Positions 1 through 9,112 of a stretch of DNA of 64,000 nt are shown here, one piece after another; position 1 is the stretch's first letter; every line of letters begins with the position of its first letter. Under the pieces are notes generated by a model, which made no database searches, had not been told where the DNA came from, and saw nothing but the letters and a program-made list of their open reading frames with translations. Origin of the DNA: a candidate division WWE3 bacterium UBA1379. GTDB lineage: Bacteria; Patescibacteriota; WWE3; UBA101185; UBA10185. A program made the position numbers and the translations under genes. Where the stretch lies: positions 13,360 through 77,359 of the forward strand of contig DBRB01000003.1 of NCBI GenBank assembly GCA_002305475.1. Direction: 5' to 3'.

Positions 1-1
1 T

Positions 2-1222
2 AAAGTTGTTGAGTTTCTAAAACCCTGTCATTTTTACAAACAATCCCACAGTAAAATCTATGAAGCAGTAATGAATTTGTATGAAAAAAGAGAACCAGCC
101 GATATGATCACGGTTCCTGGTGAATTGAAGAAGATGGGCGTACTTGATGAATGCGGAGGTGTGGCATATCTTACCGATTTGATAAATATTGTTCCTACAG
201 CAGCAAATATTGAATTTTATGCCCGCTTAATCAAAGACGATTCAACAAAACGGGAGTTAATGGGTGTGGCAAACCAGATTGGTGAGATGGTTTATGAGGA
301 ATCCGATGTCACAAATCTATTGGATCGTTCCGAACAATTATTATTTTCCATATCACAAGACAGGGTAAAACAGGATTTTGTTCCCGTAAAAGATACGCTG
401 GAAGTTACTTTTGAGCGTCTTGATGAACTGTCAAAGAAAAGGGGAGCATTGCGCGGGGTACCTTCTGGACTTAAAAGTTTAGATAAAATGCTTTCCGGAC
501 TGCAGAAAGAAAACCTGATCATACTTGCCGCAAGACCGTCCGTAGGTAAATCTTCTTTGGCTATTAATATGGGTCAGTATGCTGCAGTCAATTTTAAAAT
601 TGGTGTAGCAGTCTTTTCGTTGGAAATGGGTAGGGAATCCTTAGTGGATAGAATGATATCCGCACAAGGAAATATTGATAACTGGAGAATTGCTACAGGT
701 AATTTGGAAACAGAAGATTTTGAAAAATATAGTATAGCAGCAGGAGAGCTAGCAGAAGCCCCGATTTATATTGACGATACACCCGGTGTCAGTGTGATGG
801 AAATGCGTACGAAAGCAAGAAGACTGCAGGCGGAGCACGATATTGGACTTGTGATTGTTGACTATTTACAGCTTGTACGGGGAAGAAATTTGGAAAGCCG
901 AGTACAGGAAGTATCCGAAATATCCCAAGCTTTGAAGAATCTTGCCCGAGAACTCAAGGTGCCTGTTTTGGCGTTGTCGCAGTTGTCCCGTGCAGTAGAG
1001 CAAAGAGGGGGGGATAAGAAACCTCAATTGTCAGACCTCAGAGATTCTGGTTCTATTGAACAGGATGCGGATGTGGTGATGTTTTTGTACCGACCAAACG
1101 AAGATGACCGAGAAAACTACATGTTATTAGTAGCAAAACATCGTAATGGGGCTACCGGTGAAATTCCGTTATTCTTCAGAGGTGATAGAACCAAGTTTTA
1201 TGAAGTTGAAAACCGTAGCTAG
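2..1222 (+). CDS. dnaB: Replicative DNA helicase DnaB. The 5' end is truncated by the window edge; the frame is open from position 2 and the first ATG is at 71.
   Basis: A Walker A motif (AARPSVGKSSLAINM), then the DnaB C-terminal RecA-like motifs LVIVDYLQL and SQLSRAVEQR. The N-terminal HSKIYEAV helical region is also present. Length and motif order match DnaB. Confidence 0.9.
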   Translation, partial: KVVEFLKPCHFYKQSHSKIYEAVMNLYEKREPADMITVPGELKKMGVLDECGGVAYLTDLINIVPTAANIEFYARLIKDDSTKRELMGVANQIGEMVYEESDVTNLLDRSEQLLFSISQDRVKQDFVPVKDTLEVTFERLDELSKKRGALRGVPSGLKSLDKMLSGLQKENLIILAARPSVGKSSLAINMGQYAAVNFKIGVAVFSLEMGRESLVDRMISAQGNIDNWRIATGNLETEDFEKYSIAAGELAEAPIYIDDTPGVSVMEMRTKARRLQAEHDIGLVIVDYLQLVRGRNLESRVQEVSEISQALKNLARELKVPVLALSQLSRAVEQRGGDKKPQLSDLRDSGSIEQDADVVMFLYRPNEDDRENYMLLVAKHRNGATGEIPLFFRGDRTKFYEVENRS

Positions 1223-1439
1223 GGTCTACCCTAGATCATCCCTGTATTTGTTGTCATATTAACTAACCACCTGTGATTTATTATAACCGATTGGTACTTT
1301 CTTGTAACAACTCTATAAAGTAGGGATAAACCCGGGTTTATCCTTGGAAATCTTCTTATATTCACATTCAATAAATAATGAAAATTGTTCAATATGTAAT
1401 TACAAGGAAAAAGAGGGTCGAACTAGGTTGATCCCTAAA

Positions 1440-1527
1440 TGGTGCCGTGGGAGAGAGTCGAACTCTCACGGGAGTTGAATCCCAGTGGTTTTTGAGACCA
1501 CCGCGTATACCATTCCGCCACCACGGC
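1440..1527 (-). tRNA. tRNA-Leu, anticodon CAA. It is 88 nt with a long variable arm and an encoded CCA end.
   Basis: The reverse complement folds as a cloverleaf. The acceptor stem is GCCGTGG/CCACGGC, the D arm GCG...CGC, and the anticodon stem GTGGT/ACCAC with loop CTCAAAA. The T arm is GAGAG-TTCGACT-CTCTC, with a 17-nt variable arm, discriminator A and CCA. Confidence 0.85.
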
Positions 1528-1582
1528 ATGAAGCGTCAATGCATATTATACCCAATCTTTGAGGTGATCAACAGTAAATAAG

Positions 1583-1612
1583 AAAGCGGCCAATTATTAT
1601 TTGACCGCTTTA
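1583..1612 (-). terminator. Rho-independent terminator hairpin downstream of the minus-strand gene 1645..2061.
   Basis: An imperfect stem AAAGCGGcC/GaCCGCTTT with an 11-nt loop. On the minus strand it is followed by a T-rich run (TTTCTTATTT). Confidence 0.5.
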
Positions 1613-1644
1613 ATAGGTTAATACATAAGAGGTGAGATTACCGC

Positions 1645-2061
1645 TTATCTGATTATGCTTGTAATAGCATCTGAAATCTGTAGTTTCAAGTCTTCTTGCT
1701 TTAATCTTGCATCCACTACCCGAAGTTTTCGCATTCTTTTCGTCAGACTTTTAACTGTTTCAAACCGATTAGTAACAATTACGATAGGTTTTTTAGTCTT
1801 TGCCAGTTGGGTGATTACACTATCCGGTAAAGTTAATGATAATGCTGCATCTTCACTAGCTTTTTCGCATACAATCACCAATAGTTTGTCTTTACTGTTA
1901 AATACCGAAGGATTGTAATTGGCCTTATTACTTATGGTGAAGTATGTGAAGAATCTGATTCCTAACTTTCGCAGAACCGCTTCGATAAAATTAAAGTCTG
2001 TACCTAATGGCCTGATAATAACCCCAAGGTGTTCGTTCAGATTGTTACCACTTTGGTTCAT
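1645..2061 (-). CDS. Hypothetical 138-aa protein, possibly an alpha/beta-fold regulator.
   Basis: An ORF in the track with no motif I can assign. The segment LLVIVCEKASEDAALSLTLPDSVITQLAKTKKPIVIV suggests a Rossmann-like or L7Ae-like fold, but only weakly. Confidence 0.4.
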   Translation of the reverse strand: MNQSGNNLNEHLGVIIRPLGTDFNFIEAVLRKLGIRFFTYFTISNKANYNPSVFNSKDKLLVIVCEKASEDAALSLTLPDSVITQLAKTKKPIVIVTNRFETVKSLTKRMRKLRVVDARLKQEDLKLQISDAITSIIR

Positions 2062-2180
2062 ATCTGCTCTCCTTATTGTTAATATGTAATGGTGCTGACT
2101 TTTCTGCTACGAAGCATATCACATCAGGTTATGAAAGGTATAGATGTAAAAAGTAGCAAAAATCTGTATAATGCTTCGGT

Positions 2181-2735
2181 ATGTTAATTGCTACAGACTT
2201 AAAAACAGGAACTATATTCAAGGAGGACGGATATCCGTATCAGGTAGTTAAATATGAACACACAAAAACAGCCAGAGCAGGTGCAACGGTTAAAGTAAAA
2301 GCACGAAACCTGGTTACTGGTGCAGTTTTAGAAAAGGGGTATCTGGGATCAGCTAAAGTGGAAGAAGCTGATATTTCAAGAAGAAATGCCCAATACCTAT
2401 ATAAAGATAACGGATATGTATTCATGGATCCTCAATCTTATGAACAAATTACAATTTCGGCTGATGTATTGGGCGATCAGGTGAAGTTTTTGATGGAAGG
2501 TGAAAATGTAATTGTGATGTATTTTGAAGGACGTCCGGTTTCCGTCGATTTACCTATATCAATGGTATTCGAAGTTACCTACACAGAGCCGGGATTTAAA
2601 GGTAACACAGTATCCAATGTCTTAAAGGATGCAACTTTAAATAACGGAGCAACTGCAAAAGTGCCGACATTTATTAAAATCGGGGATAAAATAAAAGTAG
2701 ATACTCGTACCGGCGAGTATGTATCCCGGGCTTAA
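2181..2735 (+). CDS. efp: Elongation factor P.
   Basis: A 184-aa protein with a KOW-like N-terminus (GTIFKEDGYPYQVVKYEHTKTARAGATVKVKARNLVTG) followed by two OB domains. It is collinear with bacterial EF-P. Confidence 0.9.
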   Translation: MLIATDLKTGTIFKEDGYPYQVVKYEHTKTARAGATVKVKARNLVTGAVLEKGYLGSAKVEEADISRRNAQYLYKDNGYVFMDPQSYEQITISADVLGDQVKFLMEGENVIVMYFEGRPVSVDLPISMVFEVTYTEPGFKGNTVSNVLKDATLNNGATAKVPTFIKIGDKIKVDTRTGEYVSRA

Positions 2736-2754
2736 TTTCCGGTAGAACATCATA

Positions 2755-3684
2755 ATGGATATTCAACAAGTAATTGATATCAAAGGTTTTTCTGTTCCGA
2801 CCATTCTCCTTTTTATGCTGGTAGGGTTCTTTACTTTGAGTTTTGTTTTCTGGCGGCTAGGGAAGAAAGAAGGGTTTGATGAGGAAAAGCTCTTTGATCT
2901 TTTATTGATCAGCCTGGTTTTATCTTCAGGTGTATTAAAGGTAGATCCACTGATAGTTATTACGATTATAATATTTGCAGTTTATCTTAGGTCATATTTT
3001 TGGAAATGGTCCACTTTTAGAATTCTGGACGTCTATTCCTTAGCATTGATGTTAGGTGTTGTTCCTCCGGTAATCGGTTATTCAATAATCTATAATCAAC
3101 CGTTATACATTATGTTTGTTCCTGCATTAGCTATTATGTATATGTTTTTCTCACGTATCCGTAACATAAAAATAAAGTCGGGTTATTCATTTTCACTTAT
3201 TCTGTTATTCGCGATAGCGTTTGGGTTGATATTAAGCAGAGATACTAAGCATTTGCTTTTTTATTCCGTGTTATTTATCATAAGCCTAGCAAACATTTAT
3301 TTAAGAGAAAGAAAAGAAATGGCCACACCTAATTTACCATTAAATCTGATCAACAAATTAAGAAACGATTTACTAACTAAAAGAAAAAGATTAAAAATTG
3401 AACAGAAAGTATTGATAAAAGAAGACCCATATATGGAAGCTGATAGGACAGGGGATAACGCGGAATTGATGGATGAAGCTATACTTGAAGATCACTCAAA
3501 AGAGGTTCATGACGTGGTAAAAAGTTCAGTAGATAGCATGTTGATGCAGGTCAGGAAAGCTTTAGGTAGAATGCGTATAGGTAAATACGGTATGTGTGAA
3601 GTTTGCGGAAAATCTATCGATCCGGCACGACTGAAAGCTTATCCTGAGGCGACAACCTGCGTAGAACATGCGCCTAAGAATTAA
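2755..3684 (+). CDS. Fusion protein: an N-terminal polytopic membrane domain (weakly Lgt-like) joined to a C-terminal DksA/TraR-family C4 zinc-finger domain.
   Basis: The first ~190 aa contain at least five hydrophobic helices. The C-terminal ~110 aa carry a coiled-coil region plus CEVCGKSIDPARLKAYPEATTCVEHA, matching the DksA/TraR CxxC-(x17)-CxxC finger. The frame is continuous, with no stop between the two parts. Confidence 0.55.
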   Translation: MDIQQVIDIKGFSVPTILLFMLVGFFTLSFVFWRLGKKEGFDEEKLFDLLLISLVLSSGVLKVDPLIVITIIIFAVYLRSYFWKWSTFRILDVYSLALMLGVVPPVIGYSIIYNQPLYIMFVPALAIMYMFFSRIRNIKIKSGYSFSLILLFAIAFGLILSRDTKHLLFYSVLFIISLANIYLRERKEMATPNLPLNLINKLRNDLLTKRKRLKIEQKVLIKEDPYMEADRTGDNAELMDEAILEDHSKEVHDVVKSSVDSMLMQVRKALGRMRIGKYGMCEVCGKSIDPARLKAYPEATTCVEHAPKN

Positions 3685-3696
3685 TATATAAGTTAA

Positions 3697-4017
3697 ATGG
3701 TACAAAACTGCCAGTATTTTCTATTTGACTATATTCCATCAGCATACTTTTTAATCATCGCGTCTCTAATTTTGTTTAATATATGGTTTTTCAGACAAAA
3801 AAGTATATCATGGATAGCTTATTTTCTGGTAGTTGGCGGTTCCTTGTGGAATTTATCCGAAAGAATAATGAATAAAGGCTGTGTTAGAGATTACTGGGAT
3901 TTCTTTGGTTTATTCATATTTAATGCTGCGGATCTGATGATCATATTCGGACTAGTGATTGTTTTTTGCTTGCACAATAAAAAAAGTGTACTATTTACAA
4001 AGGAGGACTTATCATGA
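3697..4017 (+). CDS. lspA: Minimal (106-aa), divergent lipoprotein signal peptidase II (LspA-like).
   Basis: IAYFLVVGGSLWNLSERIMNKGCVRDYWDFFGLFIFNAADLMIIFG is collinear with E. coli LspA [29 protein letters not shown]...FNLADTAICVG. In this sequence the GNxxDR Asp is Glu (WNLSER), while the FNxAD Asp is kept. Four TM segments are present. Confidence 0.6.
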   Translation: MVQNCQYFLFDYIPSAYFLIIASLILFNIWFFRQKSISWIAYFLVVGGSLWNLSERIMNKGCVRDYWDFFGLFIFNAADLMIIFGLVIVFCLHNKKSVLFTKEDLS

Positions 4018-4448
4018 GCAAAACAGTATTAATAGTTGAAGATGAAGCCGATATCAGGGCACTATATTCTGAAGTCTTACGAGACGCAGGTTTCAACGTC
4101 ATAGAAGCTCCGGACGGTACAACGGGACTGGATAGGGCAGCGGAAGGTAATTGGGATATTCTTTTATTGGATATTATTCTTCCCGGAAGTGACGGCGTAA
4201 ACGTCCTGAAAAAGATTAAGGCTAATCCGGCAATAAACAACAAGCCGATCATTTTATTAACAAATTTAGGTGTAGAACACGTCATTAATGAGTGTTTCGA
4301 GATAGGGGCGGACGGATATTTAATTAAATCTGAAATCACACCCGATAAGATAGTTGAGGAAGTTGTCAATTATTTGGGTATACAGCCTAAATCCGGTGAA
4401 AATACTCAGCAAACCGAAAACACAGATACACAGCCATCCGATAACTAA
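4014..4448 (+). CDS. Stand-alone response-regulator receiver (CheY-like) with an acidic Q/T-rich C-terminal tail.
   Basis: The receiver motifs are present: VLIVEDE, the phospho-acceptor region ILLLDIILPGSDG, and the conserved Thr/Lys region PIILLTNLG. There is no output domain. An AAGGAGG RBS sits upstream. Confidence 0.8.
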   Translation: MSKTVLIVEDEADIRALYSEVLRDAGFNVIEAPDGTTGLDRAAEGNWDILLLDIILPGSDGVNVLKKIKANPAINNKPIILLTNLGVEHVINECFEIGADGYLIKSEITPDKIVEEVVNYLGIQPKSGENTQQTENTDTQPSDN

Positions 4449-4456
4449 AAAGCTAT

Positions 4457-5179
4457 ATGGAAATAATTTTTGAAGATAATGACTTGCTGGTTGTAAATAA
4501 GCCTGCAGGTTTAATTGTTAATAATTCTCATACATCCGGTAGCGATACACTGCAGAATATAGTCAGTGAAAACATAACTTTTGAAGAAATGTCTGGTGAA
4601 ATTGATACAGAAGAAATCTATGAAAGTGAATTTAAACAGCGTGGGGGAATTATCCATCGGCTTGATAAGGACACCTCAGGCATAATATTGATTGGAAAAA
4701 ACGAGCCAGCGTTTAATAGAATGCAAAAACAGTTCAAGGAAAGAAGTGTTGAAAAAGAATATTTAGCTATAGTGCTGGGCTTAGTGGAAGAAGAAAAATT
4801 TGAAATCAACGCTCCTATTAAGAGAAATCCTAATAACCGGACGAAGTACGCAATAGTGCGAGACGGTAAGGAGGCTATGACCTCATTTGAGAAAATCAGG
4901 TATTTTACTGACAATAATCAAAATAAGTACACTGTATTAAAAGCATACCCCAAAACAGGCAGAACACATCAGATCAGAGTTCACTTATCTGCTCTGGGCT
5001 TTCCTATAGCAGGGGACAAAATGTACTCAACAAGGCATCAGTTGGAAAATACAAATCATTTTGGAAGATTAATGCTTCATGCAAGAAGTATCAGGTTTAA
5101 TCACCCATCTAGCAATACTGAAATGTATCTAAAAGCAGATATTCCAAGAGAATTTCTGCCGTATTTAGAAAATTTGTAA
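4457..5179 (+). CDS. RluA-family pseudouridine synthase. It has no S4 domain.
   Basis: Catalytic motif HRLDKDTSGIILIGKN with the conserved Asp; also the downstream K(E/D)YLA motif and a basic RTHQIRVHL region, as in RluA/RluD. Confidence 0.8.
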   Translation: MEIIFEDNDLLVVNKPAGLIVNNSHTSGSDTLQNIVSENITFEEMSGEIDTEEIYESEFKQRGGIIHRLDKDTSGIILIGKNEPAFNRMQKQFKERSVEKEYLAIVLGLVEEEKFEINAPIKRNPNNRTKYAIVRDGKEAMTSFEKIRYFTDNNQNKYTVLKAYPKTGRTHQIRVHLSALGFPIAGDKMYSTRHQLENTNHFGRLMLHARSIRFNHPSSNTEMYLKADIPREFLPYLENL

Positions 5180-5276
5180 ATATCAGGTATTAAATAGGTA
5201 ATTGATGTAGGAATTTACTCGGGGACATGGAATAGTACTCGTCATTGTAAGATGTAAGTGATATATTATTCATAAT

Positions 5277-6422
5277 ATGTCTAGTACTGCTCGACGGACA
5301 TCCGCTGCATCAAGAAGATCAAAAACGTACTCAAAAGTTTACAAAAGAACTTCCGTATCAAAAGCGTCAAAAAAAACCATAAGAAAAAGCAGAATATCGT
5401 CCCGTCCTAATCTAGGAAAATCAAAAATAGGTAAAACAGTAAAAAAGATTGCTGCAGTACTGGGTCTTTTTATAATATCGGCTTTATTTGTACTGGCAGT
5501 AGGTTTTTATAAGAATCTGACAAAGAATTTTGCTTCAGCCGATTCGGTAAATTCGTATTCTGTACAGACCCAGGATATCTATTCAGTACTATATATATCG
5601 GTCAGTGACCTAGATCAGGCAGACAGTCCCGACGGCATCCTGGATGTACATTCCATGAGTTTTGTGATTGTAGATAAAAACAATAAAAAACTGGTGAAAT
5701 ATGATATTGATCCGAATATAACTATTGATGTACCGGGGAAGTTCGGAGATGAACAGGTAACAAAAGTCCTACATCTGGGATCATTAAACGCCAAGGATCC
5801 ATTAGAGGGAGGAGTCAGACTGGCTTCCAGAAGTGTTGCTAGGATATTTGGGTATCCGGTAGATAAATACATTATTACGGATGAAAATGTGAAAAATACT
5901 TATGATAGATTATTCAATCATGGCGTAGTGACTCTGGAGCTGGGTAAACCGGGCGGAAAGAAAACGGATTTCACTCTGGAAGAATTTTATAGCCTAGTTT
6001 CTTTTATAAGAACACTACCGTCTGATCGCTTTATTTTTAAATCATTTAATTATGATTACCTACAAAATCCGGATAAGATAAATACGGAAATCAGGGATGT
6101 AACTTTTGACAGCCAGATATCCCTGGAAAAAAAGAGTATATCGGTGTTGAATGGATCGGGACTATCGGGAGTAGCAGGCTATACTTCCAGACAGATTGAA
6201 AATATGGGGGGCAGGGTTGTAACGGTGGGAAATGCTGATAAATCATATGATAAAAGTATTCTTGTTGTGGATGACAAAGAATCAGAGACTGCCAGAAAAC
6301 TTGCCCATAGCTTTGATTTCAAACAGGTAATGACAAGGGAGGAATTCGGTCTGCAGGAAAATGAGGTAGGACGTTCCGATATTGTATTGATTATCGGACT
6401 TGACATTCAGGATATGTTGTAA
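5277..6422 (+). CDS. LytR-CpsA-Psr (LCP) family cell-envelope phosphotransferase with a LytR_C-type C-terminal domain.
   Basis: A basic N-terminus plus a single TM anchor. The LCP core block is VLYISVSD...DVHSMSFVIVDKNNKKLVKYDIDPNITIDVPG...DKYIITDENV. The C-terminus is ISVLNGSGLSGVAGYTSRQIENMGGRVV. Confidence 0.6.
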   Translation: MSSTARRTSAASRRSKTYSKVYKRTSVSKASKKTIRKSRISSRPNLGKSKIGKTVKKIAAVLGLFIISALFVLAVGFYKNLTKNFASADSVNSYSVQTQDIYSVLYISVSDLDQADSPDGILDVHSMSFVIVDKNNKKLVKYDIDPNITIDVPGKFGDEQVTKVLHLGSLNAKDPLEGGVRLASRSVARIFGYPVDKYIITDENVKNTYDRLFNHGVVTLELGKPGGKKTDFTLEEFYSLVSFIRTLPSDRFIFKSFNYDYLQNPDKINTEIRDVTFDSQISLEKKSISVLNGSGLSGVAGYTSRQIENMGGRVVTVGNADKSYDKSILVVDDKESETARKLAHSFDFKQVMTREEFGLQENEVGRSDIVLIIGLDIQDML

Positions 6423-6453
6423 TAACATAATGACATTGTCTCTCTCCTTTCTT

Positions 6454-6489
6454 CACCCCGGTCCCAAATTAGGGCCGGGGTTGTGTTTT
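6454..6489 (+). terminator. Rho-independent terminator after the LCP gene.
   Basis: A GC-rich hairpin CCCCGGTCCC-AAATTA-GGGCCGGGG directly followed by TTGTGTTTTTC. Confidence 0.7.
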
Positions 6490-6495
6490 TCTTAT

Positions 6496-9060
6496 ATGTC
6501 TATATACATCGGTATACCTTTATTACTGATCGGAATTCTAATAGCAATTATTTACAGGCGGATAAAAACCCAGCCACTGGATTTAGGTGCGGTCAGCAAT
6601 ACCCCTTTTGAAGTCCTTGAAATAAAAATGCCAAAGACACTGGAAGCTGAAAGGGAATCCCAGATGTCAGCTTTGTCGGCAGAAAATATGTTTGCCTCAC
6701 TGCACGGACTGTTAAAAGAGGATGCTACTGAACAGGAGCATTTTTCCTTTGAAATGGTGGCGGACGGAGCAAACGGTATCAAGTTTTATGTGGCAGTACC
6801 TCAAAATGTTTTAAAGTTTGTGGAAAGTCAGATCTATGCCCAGTACCCGTCCTGTCAGATCAGGGTAGTTGAGGATTACACTACTAGTGCTGATTTCAAA
6901 CAGGGGGAGTATGAAATATCCTCCGTAACATTAACAAAAGACTATTTCTTTCCTATAAAAACATTCAGAGATTTTGAAATAGACCCTCTATCGGCAATCA
7001 CTTCCGCTTTTTCCGGAGTATCGTTTGATGAACAGGTTTGGTTGCAGTTTCTAATAAAACCTATTCCTGACGGATGGCAGAAACCCGGATACAATTATGT
7101 GGATTTTGTGAGAACCGGAGTGGATAAAACAAATAAACCCGGTATTCTGGGAGAAGTTGGTAAAATATTCTTTAAGGAATTTGTTGATATCGGACTAGGA
7201 ATTCTTACCGGATTGTTTACACCGCATCCTCCTGAACCAAGACCCGGTGCAAAAGATGCTCCAAAGCCTGCTCTTGCACCAAGGCTCACTTCTGCCCAGG
7301 ATATGGAAGTAAAAGCGATAGAGAATAAGCTGTCTAAAATGGGATTTGAGGTGGAGATCAGGATACTATCATACAGCAAGGATAGAGCGAGACTGGAGAG
7401 TAATCTTAGATCTCTTACCGCGTCCCTAAAACAATATTCCACCAGCACTTTAAACGGATTTGTAACAAGTCGTGAAACGCACCGTACTGGAAGTCTGGAA
7501 AACTTTATAAAACGTACTTTCTGTGGAGATAAATCCTTCATTTTAAACGTGGAAGAAGTAGCTTCCGTCTACCATTTACCTACCGGACAGGTAGAAACTC
7601 CGAATATTCAATGGATTTATTCCAAAAAGTCCGAACCCCCCGCAGGGCTTCCCACACAGGATTGTTGCTATATCGGGGAAACCATATACAGAAGCCAGAG
7701 AGTAAAATTCGGTATCGCCAATAATGACGACAGACTCAGACATATGTATCTGATTGGTAAGTCAGGTACAGGAAAATCAACACTATTTGAAACCATGATC
7801 AGTCAGGATATTCAGAACGGTTTTGGAGTCGGTGTATTGGACCCCCACGGAGAAACAATAGATAAAGTAATGGAATATATACCGGATAATCGGCTTGATG
7901 ATGTGATATATTTTGACCCTTCAGATACGGAAAGACCTGTCGGTCTTAATCTTCTGGAAATGACCGATCCTTCACAGAAAAACCTCATGGCATCTGGATT
8001 GGTAGCAGCAATCAAACACCACTTTGATTACTCGTGGGGTCCTCGACTGGAATATCTTTTAAACTATAGTATCTTAACCTTGCTTGAAGTTCCCGGAACA
8101 ACTATGCTTAGCATTACCAGGCTCCTGGAGGATGATAATTATCGAAAATTCATTCTTCATTTTGTAAAAGATCCGGTAACCATCCGCTTCTGGGAAACGG
8201 AATTTAAGAATATGAAGAGTAATCAAAAAATGATCACGGAAGCGGTAGCTCCTATTCAGAACAAAGTTAACAGATTTTTGGCTTCAACTACCATCAGAAA
8301 TATTCTGGGACAGGCTAGGTCCACAATTGATATCTGGGATGCCATGAATAATGGGAAAATCCTGATGATGAATCTATCCAAAGGTAAAATAGGGGAGGAT
8401 AATGCAAATCTTTTGGGGGCACTCCTGGTATCCAGAATTCAGTTTATGGCATTACAAAGAGCAAAAATACCTCCTCAGGAAAGAAAACCGTTTTATCTTT
8501 ATGTAGATGAGTTCCAGAATTTTGCTACTGGTAGCTTTGAAAGTATTCTGTCTGAGTCCAGAAAATACGGCCTTGGTTTATACCTGACTCATCAATACAC
8601 TGCACAGCTGCCGGAGGATCTGATGAGGGCGGTATTCGGGAATGTGGGTACTATTGCCACCTACGCTTTAGGAGCTCCAGATGCAAAGCTTCTGGAAAAT
8701 GAGTTTTCTCCTTATTTCAACCAGGAGGATATTATTTCCCTGGAAAGGTTTAATATCTATATCAAACTAATGATGAATGGAATGACGTCATTACCTTTCT
8801 CTGCTAGAATACTCTTACCTTGGGTTGAGGGTGAAGCGGTGGTTCAAAAGACTCCCTACCATCAGAAAGTTATTGAAATGAGCAGGCATAAATTCGGTGC
8901 AGATCGTGAAATGGTTGAAAGTAAAATCAATAAGTGGGTAGAAACACCGTTTGATAAAGGAATAGCTATAGCTATAGAAAACCGGGAAAAGGCAGCAAAA
9001 GCGGCACAGGAAAAAAGCCTACCTCAGGTAGCCCAATCGGTTGAAGAAATTAAAAATTAG
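6496..9060 (+). CDS. Membrane-anchored FtsK/HerA/VirB4/VirD4-superfamily P-loop ATPase (AAA_10/DUF87-like). It has no neighbouring secretion genes.
   Basis: The track ORF begins with TTG at 6400 and overlaps the upstream terminator. The first ATG after the terminator (6496, MSIYIGIPLLLIGILIAIIY) opens with a TM helix. The Walker A motif YLIGKSGTGKST is followed by DPHGE, then the Walker B motif FYLYVDEFQNF. The downstream RKYGLGLYLTHQYTAQL block is typical of HerA and T4SS coupling-protein ATPases. Confidence 0.65.
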   Translation: MSIYIGIPLLLIGILIAIIYRRIKTQPLDLGAVSNTPFEVLEIKMPKTLEAERESQMSALSAENMFASLHGLLKEDATEQEHFSFEMVADGANGIKFYVAVPQNVLKFVESQIYAQYPSCQIRVVEDYTTSADFKQGEYEISSVTLTKDYFFPIKTFRDFEIDPLSAITSAFSGVSFDEQVWLQFLIKPIPDGWQKPGYNYVDFVRTGVDKTNKPGILGEVGKIFFKEFVDIGLGILTGLFTPHPPEPRPGAKDAPKPALAPRLTSAQDMEVKAIENKLSKMGFEVEIRILSYSKDRARLESNLRSLTASLKQYSTSTLNGFVTSRETHRTGSLENFIKRTFCGDKSFILNVEEVASVYHLPTGQVETPNIQWIYSKKSEPPAGLPTQDCCYIGETIYRSQRVKFGIANNDDRLRHMYLIGKSGTGKSTLFETMISQDIQNGFGVGVLDPHGETIDKVMEYIPDNRLDDVIYFDPSDTERPVGLNLLEMTDPSQKNLMASGLVAAIKHHFDYSWGPRLEYLLNYSILTLLEVPGTTMLSITRLLEDDNYRKFILHFVKDPVTIRFWETEFKNMKSNQKMITEAVAPIQNKVNRFLASTTIRNILGQARSTIDIWDAMNNGKILMMNLSKGKIGEDNANLLGALLVSRIQFMALQRAKIPPQERKPFYLYVDEFQNFATGSFESILSESRKYGLGLYLTHQYTAQLPEDLMRAVFGNVGTIATYALGAPDAKLLENEFSPYFNQEDIISLERFNIYIKLMMNGMTSLPFSARILLPWVEGEAVVQKTPYHQKVIEMSRHKFGADREMVESKINKWVETPFDKGIAIAIENREKAAKAAQEKSLPQVAQSVEEIKN

Positions 9061-9112
9061 CTGATGCGAAAGGAGACACCTTTTTATCGGCAAGAAAAAG
9101 GAGGAACATTTA

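Noticed and set aside
292-522. Many plus- or minus-strand ORFs of 60-180 aa lie antisense to or inside long genes. Examples are 292..522, 1655..1918, 2240..2425, 18746..19848, the set 20607..21890 inside hppA, 24619..25842 inside the kinase gene, and 63527..63850 opposite rpmI/infC.
   Set aside because: They overlap strongly supported genes on the opposite strand, have low-complexity or Cys/Ser/Pro-rich translations, and lack RBSs. I treat them as spurious.
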